64,000 nt of DNA, from assembly GCA_965221035.1 (NCBI GenBank), contig OZ244860.1:928687-992686 (forward strand), written 5' to 3'. Origin of the DNA: Candidatus Rariloculaceae bacterium. Its GTDB lineage: Bacteria; Pseudomonadota; Gammaproteobacteria; Steroidobacterales; Rariloculaceae. Below the pieces are notes generated by a model. The model had not been told where the DNA came from. It worked only from the letters and a program-made list of their open reading frames with translations, and searched no databases. Each line of letters opens with the position of its first letter. Position 1 is the stretch's first letter. The translations under genes and the position numbers were made by a program. Positions 18,992 to 27,389 of the stretch are shown piece by piece.

Positions 18992-20041
18992 CTACTGCGT
19001 CGCGCCGCCCACCCGTAAGGGGGTCCAGGCCATGCCGTCCGGATCACCGAAATCGGACGCCAGCAGCTCGTGATCGTTCAGGCCATCGAGGTCGAACATC
19101 AGTATCGCGCCCGCGCCACGGTCGCCGACGAAGGCCACGCCGTCATGTATCAACACGCCGAAGGCATTTGCCCGCGGTTCCTCGCCCAACGGTACCTCGG
19201 TCAAGAGCGACCTGGACTCCACGTCCCATAGCCGCAGATACTGGGGCACCGGCCCGCCGCCACCACCGCCGTTGGGCGAAATGGCGTAACCATTGGGGCC
19301 CATTTCGATTCTTCCGGTAAAGCGTCTGGAATCCAGCGTCTCGACGATATGCAGCGATTCCGCGTCCATGACGGAGATGGTTTCCACCAGGCGGTTTGCG
19401 ACCCAGATCTCGCCGCCATCGGCGGAAACATCCAGCCCCTCGGCACCCGGACCGGTCTCGATCACGACCGGAGCGCGCTCTTCCTCCAGGAAGATGACCG
19501 AAAGCGTCCCGTCGCCTCGCCGGCTCGTGACGTAGGCCCTCGACCCGTCGGGACTGAGGCGCACCATGTGGCCTGCACTGCCCCCAGTGGCGTACGTCCG
19601 GATGACCGCCCGGGACTCCAGGTCGATCAATGCCAACTGGTCGGAGTCCTCCATCGTCGCCACGGCGCGGCTTCCGTCGGGGAGGAAAAGGGCGGTATGG
19701 GGCCTTGAGCCGGGACCAAGATCGATCCTCGCGATCGTGCTGGCCGTGGCCACGTCCATCAGGACGACGTGACGTCCGGGCTCATCGTTCGACCCGTATT
19801 CGGAGGTGAGCGCCATACGGCCATCGGGCGACACGTCCACCTCGTGGGGAATGATCTCGCCAACCGGGACCCTGGCGACCTCCGCGCGGGTCGCGAGATC
19901 GATGAAGGCGATGCTGCCGGAAGCCCGATCGGTCACGAGCAATGTGCCGTCCAGCGACCGACCGCTGTCGGAGCAGCCGAAACTCCACACGGCAGTCGAA
20001 AGAATGCAGGCCAATCGCCCGACGAGGCGCATGTTGCCCAT
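18992..20041 (-). CDS. beta-propeller lipoprotein (YVTN/YncE-like repeats)
   Basis: The start is chosen at MGNMRL, with GAGGAG 6 nt upstream. A lipobox is present (WSFGCSD). Repeated SPDG/..D.. blade motifs occur throughout. Confidence 0.75.
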   Translation of the reverse strand: MGNMRLVGRLACILSTAVWSFGCSDSGRSLDGTLLVTDRASGSIAFIDLATRAEVARVPVGEIIPHEVDVSPDGRMALTSEYGSNDEPGRHVVLMDVATASTIARIDLGPGSRPHTALFLPDGSRAVATMEDSDQLALIDLESRAVIRTYATGGSAGHMVRLSPDGSRAYVTSRRGDGTLSVIFLEEERAPVVIETGPGAEGLDVSADGGEIWVANRLVETISVMDAESLHIVETLDSRRFTGRIEMGPNGYAISPNGGGGGGPVPQYLRLWDVESRSLLTEVPLGEEPRANAFGVLIHDGVAFVGDRGAGAILMFDLDGLNDHELLASDFGDPDGMAWTPLRVGGATQ

Positions 20042-20303
20042 CGTCATCTCCTCTCGATGATTCGTCACTCAATCAGAACATGGGAGGATTTATCGGCGCA
20101 AGGGTGGTGCAATTCGAAGCGAATCAACGTTTCACGACCACCGCGCCAAAATGAGTCATGCCGTTCGCATATATTTCCACAATATGACAATGTGGTTAGA
20201 ACTGAAGAAACGGGAGAATTAAATTTTTCCCATTATTTTGTCGAATTAGCATACACTGATGCGGGAAATACATTCGGCAGTAGAGACAATTTTGGAAACG
20301 ATC

Positions 20304-20609
20304 ATGTCCACCAATAACGCAACCTCCGGTCAAGGCGATACCCGAAGCGGATACGAATTCGACACAGCCGTAAAGCGACGAATCGATGACGCTGGCCGCG
20401 TTCTTGTTCCGGCGAAGTTTCGAAAAGCCCTTTCAGTTGACGCAGGCTCGGAAGTCTTGCTCGTCCTTGGTCGCGGCGTGCTCGAAGTGCACACTATCGA
20501 AAATTCAGTTCGCGACGCCCAAGCTCTGGTTCGCCGCCACGTCCCTCGCGGTACAAGCCTCGTGAGGGAACTCATCGAAGATCGGAAACACGAGGCGATT
20601 CGTGAGTGA
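20304..20609 (+). CDS. vapB: AbrB/SpoVT-family antitoxin (VapB-like)
   Basis: 101 aa. The SpoVT-AbrB motif is RIDDAGRVLVPAKFRKALSVDAGSEVLL. Lies directly upstream of a PIN gene and is preceded by an AT-rich leader. Confidence 0.8.
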   Translation: MSTNNATSGQGDTRSGYEFDTAVKRRIDDAGRVLVPAKFRKALSVDAGSEVLLVLGRGVLEVHTIENSVRDAQALVRRHVPRGTSLVRELIEDRKHEAIRE

Positions 20610-20616
20610 CGGCAGC

Positions 20617-21000
20617 ATGATACTCGATGCTTCAGCCATCCTGGCGCTCCTCAACGCGGAGTCCGGCGCAAACGAAGTTCAAGCGGTCGTCGCCAACTCG
20701 GCTGTGTCTGCAGTCAATCTCGCGGAAGTCACTGGCAAGCTCGCCGATTATGGCATGACCGACAACATGATCGAACAGGCGCTTCGCATTGGGTTTGAGA
20801 CAATCGCGTTCGGACCGGCCGAAGTGAACATGATGCCGAAGTTGAGACGTGAAACGACCAGACTTGGCCTATCTCTCGGGGACCGCTGTTGTTTGGCGAC
20901 TGCCCTTGTGCGGAAGCGTCCGGTCCTGACCGCGGATCGAGCGTGGGACAACATCAGGGTTCGAGGATTGGAGATTCGCATGATCGGTGAACGCGTTTAA
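20617..21000 (+). CDS. vapC: PIN-domain toxin (VapC-like)
   Basis: Begins MILDASAILALLNAE, with the conserved Asp near the N-terminus, and has the usual ~127-aa PIN length. The alternative GTG start at 20602 would overlap vapB by 8 nt. Confidence 0.85.
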   Translation: MILDASAILALLNAESGANEVQAVVANSAVSAVNLAEVTGKLADYGMTDNMIEQALRIGFETIAFGPAEVNMMPKLRRETTRLGLSLGDRCCLATALVRKRPVLTADRAWDNIRVRGLEIRMIGERV

Positions 21001-21023
21001 TCCAATTATTCATTGTCGCGGTT

Positions 21024-22628
21024 TCAGTTCAACGTATTCTTGAGGATCAGCACCGACTGCCCCGATTCGACCAACTGGTCGTAGAGATCCGGGTGGCCGA
21101 AAAGGCCGATTTCCAGGTAGCTGCCGCCCAGGACCACATCCACGTCAGCGTCGCCGTCCACGTCGCCAATGTCCATGGTCATCCAGCGGCCTTCGTTCAG
21201 TTCGTCGCTGGTCGAAGGCAGAAACTCCAAATCTCCCTGGTTTTCCAGGTAGGCGAAAGACTCGCGGGATGGGTCCGTGAAGTCGGGATAGAACGACACC
21301 GCGGCGATGTCCAGGTCACCGTCGGCGTCGAAGTCGGCGGCCCTGGCGATGAAGGCGCCGTACATGGGGTAGAACCAGGCTTCCTCGAACCGCAGATCGC
21401 CCTGATTGAGGTAGATGCGAAGGCCATGGTAGTTCTTCCGCGTGTTATAGGGATCCGAATCCACGTTGTCTCCGTTGACCACCAGGGCATCCATCAGGCC
21501 GTCTCCATTGAAGTCGTTCAACTCCAGGAAGGTGTGACCGTAGGCAGAGTGGGTCTCGAAAACAGTCCGCAATTCGAATTCTCCGTCGCCCTCGTTGATC
21601 AGCAGGTGCAGGCCCTCGCGGGCATCGGAGACCAGCACCATGATGTCCATCCGTCCGTCGGCGTTGAAATCGTGGGTTCTCGCCTTGACCGCACCGGGCA
21701 GCGGCAACAGCACATGCTCCCTGTAGTCACCGCCTTCGAGGGCTTCGTACCACGCCACGCTGCCGGTGATGGACCCGAACCCGCACACGATGAAATCCAG
21801 ACGCCCATCGTTGTTCAGATCGGCCACCTCGATGTCGGCCATGCGGAACAGGTCGTCCAGCACGACCTCCGAGGTTGCGTCGGCGATGCTCCCGTCCACC
21901 AGCGTCAACGCGCTGATATGCGCCGGGCGGGCATTGGCCTCCCGCTGCGCCAGCAGGTCGCCGATGGAGCCGAGATAGGCGGTCTCGCCGACGAATTGGA
22001 AATCCACTGGGGAGACCGCCGGGCGAAACTGGCGGGATGTGCGAATCCGGCCGTTGCCATCAAGCACGGTCAACGACTGCGCCAGGCTGTCTCCGATGTA
22101 GATTTCCTGAGCCGAAGGCCGCACGTGGACCATCGTGGTGATGGCGAGCGACTGGCGATAGCTTGTCCTGATGACCTGAAAGCGCTCCAAATCCCGGCTC
22201 AGCACGGGCTTGACAGCCTGGGGCAACGGCTCCGAGGGGGCGGCCCGCAAGTAGTGGCGGCGCAGCAGCGCCCAGTCCTCGTCGTTCAGCAGAGGGGCGG
22301 CCGGATAGACCCCATCGCGTTCCAACACCTCCAGGCGGCTGCTGACATTGATACGTACGAATTCGGGCGCGTCGTCCAGGTAGTCGATATTGTCGATCCC
22401 GAGCCAATAACCCATGTAGCCCAGGGCCGCGGCCCAGCTGCGCCTCGGCAGGATATCCGGCGCCGGCTCGACGTGACAGGTGGAGCAGTACAGCTCGGCC
22501 AGTTCCGCACCGCGTCGGAGGGCGCGATGATCCTGAATCTGCCAGACGGCCACCGCGACAACGGCGATCAGCCCCAAGGCGACCGGGACGGTTACCCGGG
22601 CATGATAAACAGACGCTGATCCCACCAT
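21024..22628 (-). CDS. FG-GAP/VCBS-repeat protein with N-terminal membrane anchor and CxxCH heme-binding motif
   Basis: 534 aa with an N-terminal TM helix. The CSTCH motif is encoded at 22473-22487. Repeated DxNxDGxxD FG-GAP-type motifs occur (DLNNDGRLDF, DFNADGRMDI, DFNGDGLMDA, DFDADGDLDI, DVDGDADVDV). Confidence 0.8.
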   Translation of the reverse strand: MVGSASVYHARVTVPVALGLIAVVAVAVWQIQDHRALRRGAELAELYCSTCHVEPAPDILPRRSWAAALGYMGYWLGIDNIDYLDDAPEFVRINVSSRLEVLERDGVYPAAPLLNDEDWALLRRHYLRAAPSEPLPQAVKPVLSRDLERFQVIRTSYRQSLAITTMVHVRPSAQEIYIGDSLAQSLTVLDGNGRIRTSRQFRPAVSPVDFQFVGETAYLGSIGDLLAQREANARPAHISALTLVDGSIADATSEVVLDDLFRMADIEVADLNNDGRLDFIVCGFGSITGSVAWYEALEGGDYREHVLLPLPGAVKARTHDFNADGRMDIMVLVSDAREGLHLLINEGDGEFELRTVFETHSAYGHTFLELNDFNGDGLMDALVVNGDNVDSDPYNTRKNYHGLRIYLNQGDLRFEEAWFYPMYGAFIARAADFDADGDLDIAAVSFYPDFTDPSRESFAYLENQGDLEFLPSTSDELNEGRWMTMDIGDVDGDADVDVVLGGSYLEIGLFGHPDLYDQLVESGQSVLILKNTLN

Positions 22629-23080
22629 ACCGGAATCTCCAGCCCTGCCGAAATCCGCGAGAATTCCGAATGCCGGCTGTTGATGACGATGTTGCGTTCC
22701 ATTCGCGCCACTACAGATGGAACGATCAGAATCGCGCTTCTATTTTCCCGGTACCATCCACGACCGAAGTGGCGGGCGGTCGTACTGCCGGGAGTGGACC
22801 ATGCGGGGAGCTTATCCCGCGTGACGACCTCATGGCTCGTGCCCTCGGGAATGGTGATCTCCACGAAGTGTTGGTTCGGCGGCAGGACCCCGTTACAGTG
22901 AACGAGTTTTTCCAGCAGCGCGGTGGAATAGTTTTCGGACGCGTAGATGATTTCGGCTCCAGCTTCGTGCCATCTGCCGGAGGTATACTTGGCCCCTTCC
23001 GCGCTCCACACCGGAAATTGTCCAGCGGGGTCGCCAATGCGATACGCGAGCATCGTCTCCTTAAGGGTCCTCAACCGCAT
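22592..23080 (-). CDS. RES-domain toxin
   Basis: The start at MRLRTL is coupled to the antitoxin stop (TGATG overlap). The sequence YRIGDP..YTSGRWH..IIYASENYSTALLE..ILIVPSVV is typical of the RES family. The track's longer N-terminal extension is rejected. Confidence 0.8.
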   Translation of the reverse strand: MRLRTLKETMLAYRIGDPAGQFPVWSAEGAKYTSGRWHEAGAEIIYASENYSTALLEKLVHCNGVLPPNQHFVEITIPEGTSHEVVTRDKLPAWSTPGSTTARHFGRGWYRENRSAILIVPSVVARMERNIVINSRHSEFSRISAGLEIPVWWDQRLFIMPG

Positions 23081-23544
23081 CAGAGAACCATGCTGGTCTC
23101 GATCCGGCGTACGAGATTCAAAACCGCCTGCGCGCCCGCCGAACTGGACCTGGCCATATCGAACGGCGTCTCTCCTTCCAGCAAGGGGTGTGGCCGGTTG
23201 AGAAACGCATCGATCCATTCCCGGTCTCCGTGGTAAACGACGCTGACCGCATCGACGACCCGCCCGACTTCATAGAGCCGTTCGCTGATCCCTCTGGACA
23301 GCGATTTTCCAGTTTTGCGGACCCGCCTCAGCGTCGCTTCGGGGATAATGGGACCGACCACGCGGCGTTTGCCAAGCACGTCGGCGAGGGCCGCAACCGC
23401 CCTGGGGCGAAGGCCGTCGGCCACACACCGGGCCAGCTGCACCTCACTCATTGTGTCGAACCCGTCTATCGCCAAGAGTCTGGCGACCCGCGACGTTTGG
23501 CTTGCCGGCAAGTGAGCGGGGTCGGCGTAGGCTTGAAGGTTCAT
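23080..23544 (-). CDS. Xre-like antitoxin with DUF2384 (ParS/MbcA-type) C-terminal domain
   Basis: ATG start with GAGGAA ~7 nt upstream. The C-terminus WIDAFLNRPHPLLEGETPFDMARSSSAGAQAVLNLVRRIE matches DUF2384-type antitoxins, which pair with RES toxins. Confidence 0.8.
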   Translation of the reverse strand: MNLQAYADPAHLPASQTSRVARLLAIDGFDTMSEVQLARCVADGLRPRAVAALADVLGKRRVVGPIIPEATLRRVRKTGKSLSRGISERLYEVGRVVDAVSVVYHGDREWIDAFLNRPHPLLEGETPFDMARSSSAGAQAVLNLVRRIETSMVL

Positions 23545-23704
23545 CGCAGTTTTCCTCAATGGCCATAATCGTCACATGGCGATTATATTTCGATCATGTG
23601 ACGGGCCTCAAGGGGATGAGCCCGGAGACTATGCAGTCGCTTCGAGCGAGCCAAGCCCGCCGGACCCGCCAATCGGCGAATCCGGCGACCAGTGCGTCGA
23701 AAAC

Positions 23705-24136
23705 CTACTGCCCGACTATGGCGGGCCCTGTGGCAGGGATGTCGAGCCGGACTTCAATGCGCGCCACCCGCTCGCCCAACTGTGCCATTTCGGAGCGCAG
23801 GTTCGTCATTTCCGTCCGTAGAACCGCTATTTCACCTCGAAGCGACGCTATTTCTTTCGCCACATCGCTGCGGAGCGCCGCTTGTCCGGTTTGAATTTCC
23901 TCGCGAAGCACCGCCTGACCGGTTTGAATTTCCTCCCGAAGCGCCGCCTGACCAGTTTGGAATTCGTCACGAAGCGCCGCCTGCCCGCTACGCAATTCGT
24001 AGCGGACATCCCCTATTTCGGCCCGGATGGCATCATGCGCTTCCCGCATATCGGCGCGCAATCCGCCAATTGCCGTTATCTGGACGGCGGCCAATGCGAC
24101 CCCCACCCCGATCACGGTATACATTTCTTTGTTCAT
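23705..24136 (-). CDS. membrane-anchored coiled-coil protein with 11-aa tandem repeats
   Basis: Start at MNKEMY. N-terminal TM helix (YTVIGVGVALAAVQITAIGGL), then a coiled coil containing LRDEFQTGQAALREEIQTGQAVLREEIQTGQAALRSD. Confidence 0.6.
   Translation of the reverse strand: MNKEMYTVIGVGVALAAVQITAIGGLRADMREAHDAIRAEIGDVRYELRSGQAALRDEFQTGQAALREEIQTGQAVLREEIQTGQAALRSDVAKEIASLRGEIAVLRTEMTNLRSEMAQLGERVARIEVRLDIPATGPAIVGQ
23875..24006. repeat. 33-bp in-frame tandem repeat, 3 good copies plus one degenerate
   Basis: Units are 23875-23907 gcgccgcttgtccggtttgaatttcctcgcgaa, 23908-23940 gcaccgcctgaccggtttgaatttcctcccgaa and 23941-23973 gcgccgcctgaccagtttggaattcgtcacgaa. A degenerate fourth unit runs to ~24006. 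Confidence 0.85.
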
Positions 24137-24323
24137 CAACGCATCACCCAGCATACAAGACTAGCATGAATATGCTTCGGTTCGGCGTTGACTTCCATGC
24201 CAATATCTGGGTAAAACGTGGCAATTTGCGAGTGGCGTCCTAGGGCGACGGCTCCTATGAGATGAATTCCTGAGATTGCGCCCCAGTCGACACGAACGCC
24301 CTTCCAACTACCCGCGCAATGAA

Positions 24324-24348
24324 CACGGCGCCTCATTGAGGCGCCGTG
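24324..24348 (-). terminator. stem-loop downstream of TonB-dependent receptor gene
   Basis: Perfect 11-bp stem with a 3-nt loop (CACGGCGCCTC att GAGGCGCCGTG), ~75 nt past the TBDR stop. The U-tract on the minus strand is weak (TTCATT), and the plus side is T/C-rich. Confidence 0.5.
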
Positions 24349-24421
24349 CTTCCTTCCTTGGCCCTGAATTGCGCTGCTATAACAAACTAGCGGCGCGCAT
24401 TTTAACGGGTCTATAAATTCC

Positions 24422-27130
24422 CTATCCGCCCCAATCCGCAGTGAACTCCAGGCCCCAGTATGCCGGACGCTCATGGCGATAGCGGTATACGCCGCGGCTG
24501 TCGCCGCAGAATTCGTATATTTTCTCGTCGGTGATGTTGTTGCCGATGAGCGAAGCGCGCCAGTTACCGGCGGCCGGCATGTAGGTCACGCGGGCCCCGA
24601 CCTTCGAGTACGATGGCTGATTGCAAACTGTGGCCGGCGCTCCGCTGACCTCGGCAGCCCAATCGTATTCACCCGACGAGTAGATATTTACACGCGGCGT
24701 GATGGACGCACCATTACCCAGATTGAAGGCATGTTCAAGGCTAAGGTTCATGGTCCAGTCCGGCGTGAGATCGCCAATAACGTTTCCAGACTGATCGATG
24801 GTCTGATCGGGATTCTGCGGATCCGGATACTCGAAGCTGGCGTATTCGTTGCTCAGCGTACCCAGGTCCAGCGAAACGAAGCCGTTGTCCCAGGGCGAAG
24901 CCCGAAGTTCGAATTCGATGCCGCTGATATCCACAGAGGAGACGTTCGTGAGAATTCCGAGTGCCTCGTCAATACCCAATATCCCGTCGTCATTGGGAAC
25001 GGTGATGCTTTCCTGTTTGTCGTTGTAATCCATCATGAAAATATCGGCCATGATCTGCACGCGGCCACCCGCAAACGATCCCTTGAAACCGAGTTCGTAA
25101 TTGGCCACATGCTCCGGACCATAGGACAGGAACCTGCCGATTCCCGGAAGATTGGAATTGATCTCCGTGTTGAACCCACCGGTAAGAAAGCCTTCGGAAT
25201 AAAGCGCATAAACGATGCCACTGTCCAGCGAACCACCGCCCTCCAGATTGCGGGTGATACTGATCATTGGCGTGACTGCGCTAAATGAATCTTCGGCGGA
25301 GTTGTAGAAGCCTTCACGGACAGTAGAATCGAAAGACACGCCCCACGTGAACTCGCACATCATGGAACCGTTGGCGGCGAGGGGTCCACCCAGCCTTCTG
25401 TTCTGCACATCGGCGTCGTTGGCTTCTTCGATTCCGCAACCCTGGATTCCGGCTTCCATGTTCCAGAACTGGCGGTCATCCCGTGTCGAACGGGCGCCAA
25501 CATCCAGGGTCCAGTTGTCATTCAGATCCCAGGTGATGTGCCCAAAGACTCCCGTGGACTCGTTTTCTATGCGGGACGTGTTGATGAATGGCAGGAATTG
25601 ACCGGGCAACAGGTCGAAGGTCAAACCGGAGATGACATCCGTGCAATCGACAACATCACTGCCATCACCCCTTGCCGGATTCAGACTCCCGTCCGGATTG
25701 ACAGGCGTCACAGGATCGAGATCCGCAAAACCGCTGGCCTCGAGCCGGTTTCGGCATGCGCCATCGCCGTTTCTTGCCAATTCGTGGAAGTAATTCACAC
25801 CGAAAGTGAAATCCAGACGGTCATTGGCGGAACCTTCCACCAGAAATTCCCAACCCCTGGTATCGTTGTCCTGACCGACGTCCCCGCCTGCACTGGTGGC
25901 CCATACCGGCATCCCGATGTTGTCGATGTCGTAAAAGACACCATCGCGATCCTGCAGATAATCGTAATCGGTCTCGCGAAATGATGTGTTGAACTTGACA
26001 TTCAAGTCATCGAGTGAACCGACCTCCCCGCCGGAGGCCCACTGTAGAGTAAGGAATCCGGAATCCACACGCAGATCCGCGAAATGGTACTTGTCGGACG
26101 ATGTCACGTACGTGCCTGCCGCTGCATCCGACGCACAAGCATCCCGATGCGCCTGGGTGTACAACCAGCCACCCGGCCAAAGGTCGGGTGTAGGCGTGTT
26201 CGGATCACGCCAATCGTTCTGCACGTCTCCCCACAGGGGGCTATACGTTCGATCCAGGTGCGGCGGGCGCGACCGGGGGTTGTCGTCGCCCGGATTTCCG
26301 CGCGCACCCCAAGCTCCGGCGCTGCCGTCAAACGGGTTGCACTGGATCGGTTTATTGTCGTCCTTGCGATCCTGCAGGTTGTATGCCAAATCGATGGTCA
26401 GGCGATCCGTGGGCGCGAAGCGAATCGCAGCATTAAAGGCCGTCAGGTCTGTGCCACCCTGATCAATGCCCAGGTTGCGATTGTAGTAGTAGCCGTCCAT
26501 GCTCTCCTTGGCAACGCCGAGCCGAGCATAAACGGTATCGCTTACCGGAAGATTGAGCATGCCCCGCAAATCCTGCTGGCCATGATCCGCCGCCCGCAGC
26601 GTGAGACTGGAGCCGAACTCCGGAGCGGGCTTGGCGGTCACTATGTTGACCAGGCCGCCTGTCACGTTCTTGCCGAACAGTGTCCCTTGTGGACCGCGCA
26701 GAATCTCCACTCGCTCGATATCCATGGTCGTCATGTAGCCGCCAAGGGAGTTCGGGATATAGTGCCCGTCAATGTACATGCCACTGCCAAACGGAAAAAC
26801 CGGGTCAGGATGCCCGCCACCGATACCGCGAATCACGACGCGCGTGTTGTTTGCACGGTCGGATTGCGTCAGCGTGACGTTTGGAATGAAATCACCGACA
26901 TCCTCCACGGAGTAGATGCCCGCTGCTTCCATCGCATCAGCGTTGATCGCCGCGATCGACAACGGAAGATCCCGAAGGTTTTCCTCGCGCCGCCTGGCAG
27001 TGACGACGACTTCTTCCAGCATGGCCTGGGCCGACGCGCTCTGGGCCGCAGCCTTGTCTCCTGCAGATGCGAAAAGGAGTGCGCCTCCCGCAAGTCCGAC
27101 CACACCCCAAATACCCCTGTGCACTTTCAT
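24422..27130 (-). CDS. TonB-dependent receptor
   Basis: The internal ATG (GGAGGC upstream) gives MKVHRGIWGVVGLAGGALLFASA as signal peptide. The plug reads LEEVVVTARRREENLRDLPLSIAAI. The C-terminal end is WGLEFTADWGG. Confidence 0.9.
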   Translation of the reverse strand: MKVHRGIWGVVGLAGGALLFASAGDKAAAQSASAQAMLEEVVVTARRREENLRDLPLSIAAINADAMEAAGIYSVEDVGDFIPNVTLTQSDRANNTRVVIRGIGGGHPDPVFPFGSGMYIDGHYIPNSLGGYMTTMDIERVEILRGPQGTLFGKNVTGGLVNIVTAKPAPEFGSSLTLRAADHGQQDLRGMLNLPVSDTVYARLGVAKESMDGYYYNRNLGIDQGGTDLTAFNAAIRFAPTDRLTIDLAYNLQDRKDDNKPIQCNPFDGSAGAWGARGNPGDDNPRSRPPHLDRTYSPLWGDVQNDWRDPNTPTPDLWPGGWLYTQAHRDACASDAAAGTYVTSSDKYHFADLRVDSGFLTLQWASGGEVGSLDDLNVKFNTSFRETDYDYLQDRDGVFYDIDNIGMPVWATSAGGDVGQDNDTRGWEFLVEGSANDRLDFTFGVNYFHELARNGDGACRNRLEASGFADLDPVTPVNPDGSLNPARGDGSDVVDCTDVISGLTFDLLPGQFLPFINTSRIENESTGVFGHITWDLNDNWTLDVGARSTRDDRQFWNMEAGIQGCGIEEANDADVQNRRLGGPLAANGSMMCEFTWGVSFDSTVREGFYNSAEDSFSAVTPMISITRNLEGGGSLDSGIVYALYSEGFLTGGFNTEINSNLPGIGRFLSYGPEHVANYELGFKGSFAGGRVQIMADIFMMDYNDKQESITVPNDDGILGIDEALGILTNVSSVDISGIEFELRASPWDNGFVSLDLGTLSNEYASFEYPDPQNPDQTIDQSGNVIGDLTPDWTMNLSLEHAFNLGNGASITPRVNIYSSGEYDWAAEVSGAPATVCNQPSYSKVGARVTYMPAAGNWRASLIGNNITDEKIYEFCGDSRGVYRYRHERPAYWGLEFTADWGG

Positions 27131-27389
27131 GATTGCCTCCCTTGAGCAATGTTGGAGAGCTACAACGTAAACCAACCTATATAAGCCAAGCATTCTGGTT
27201 AGTCAACGCGCGAAAATTAATTCTCGGCAAGCCGCCGTGATTCTAGTCGCCCGCAGCCCAGCTTGCAATTTATGGTAAATTCGATAATCTCCCGACTGCG
27301 CTCAACATTTCGAACATTTTGTGCAGGCGTGATCGAGATCAATCCGTGAGTGTCGCATACGGGCAACAGAAAAGTAGGGGTGTAGAATA

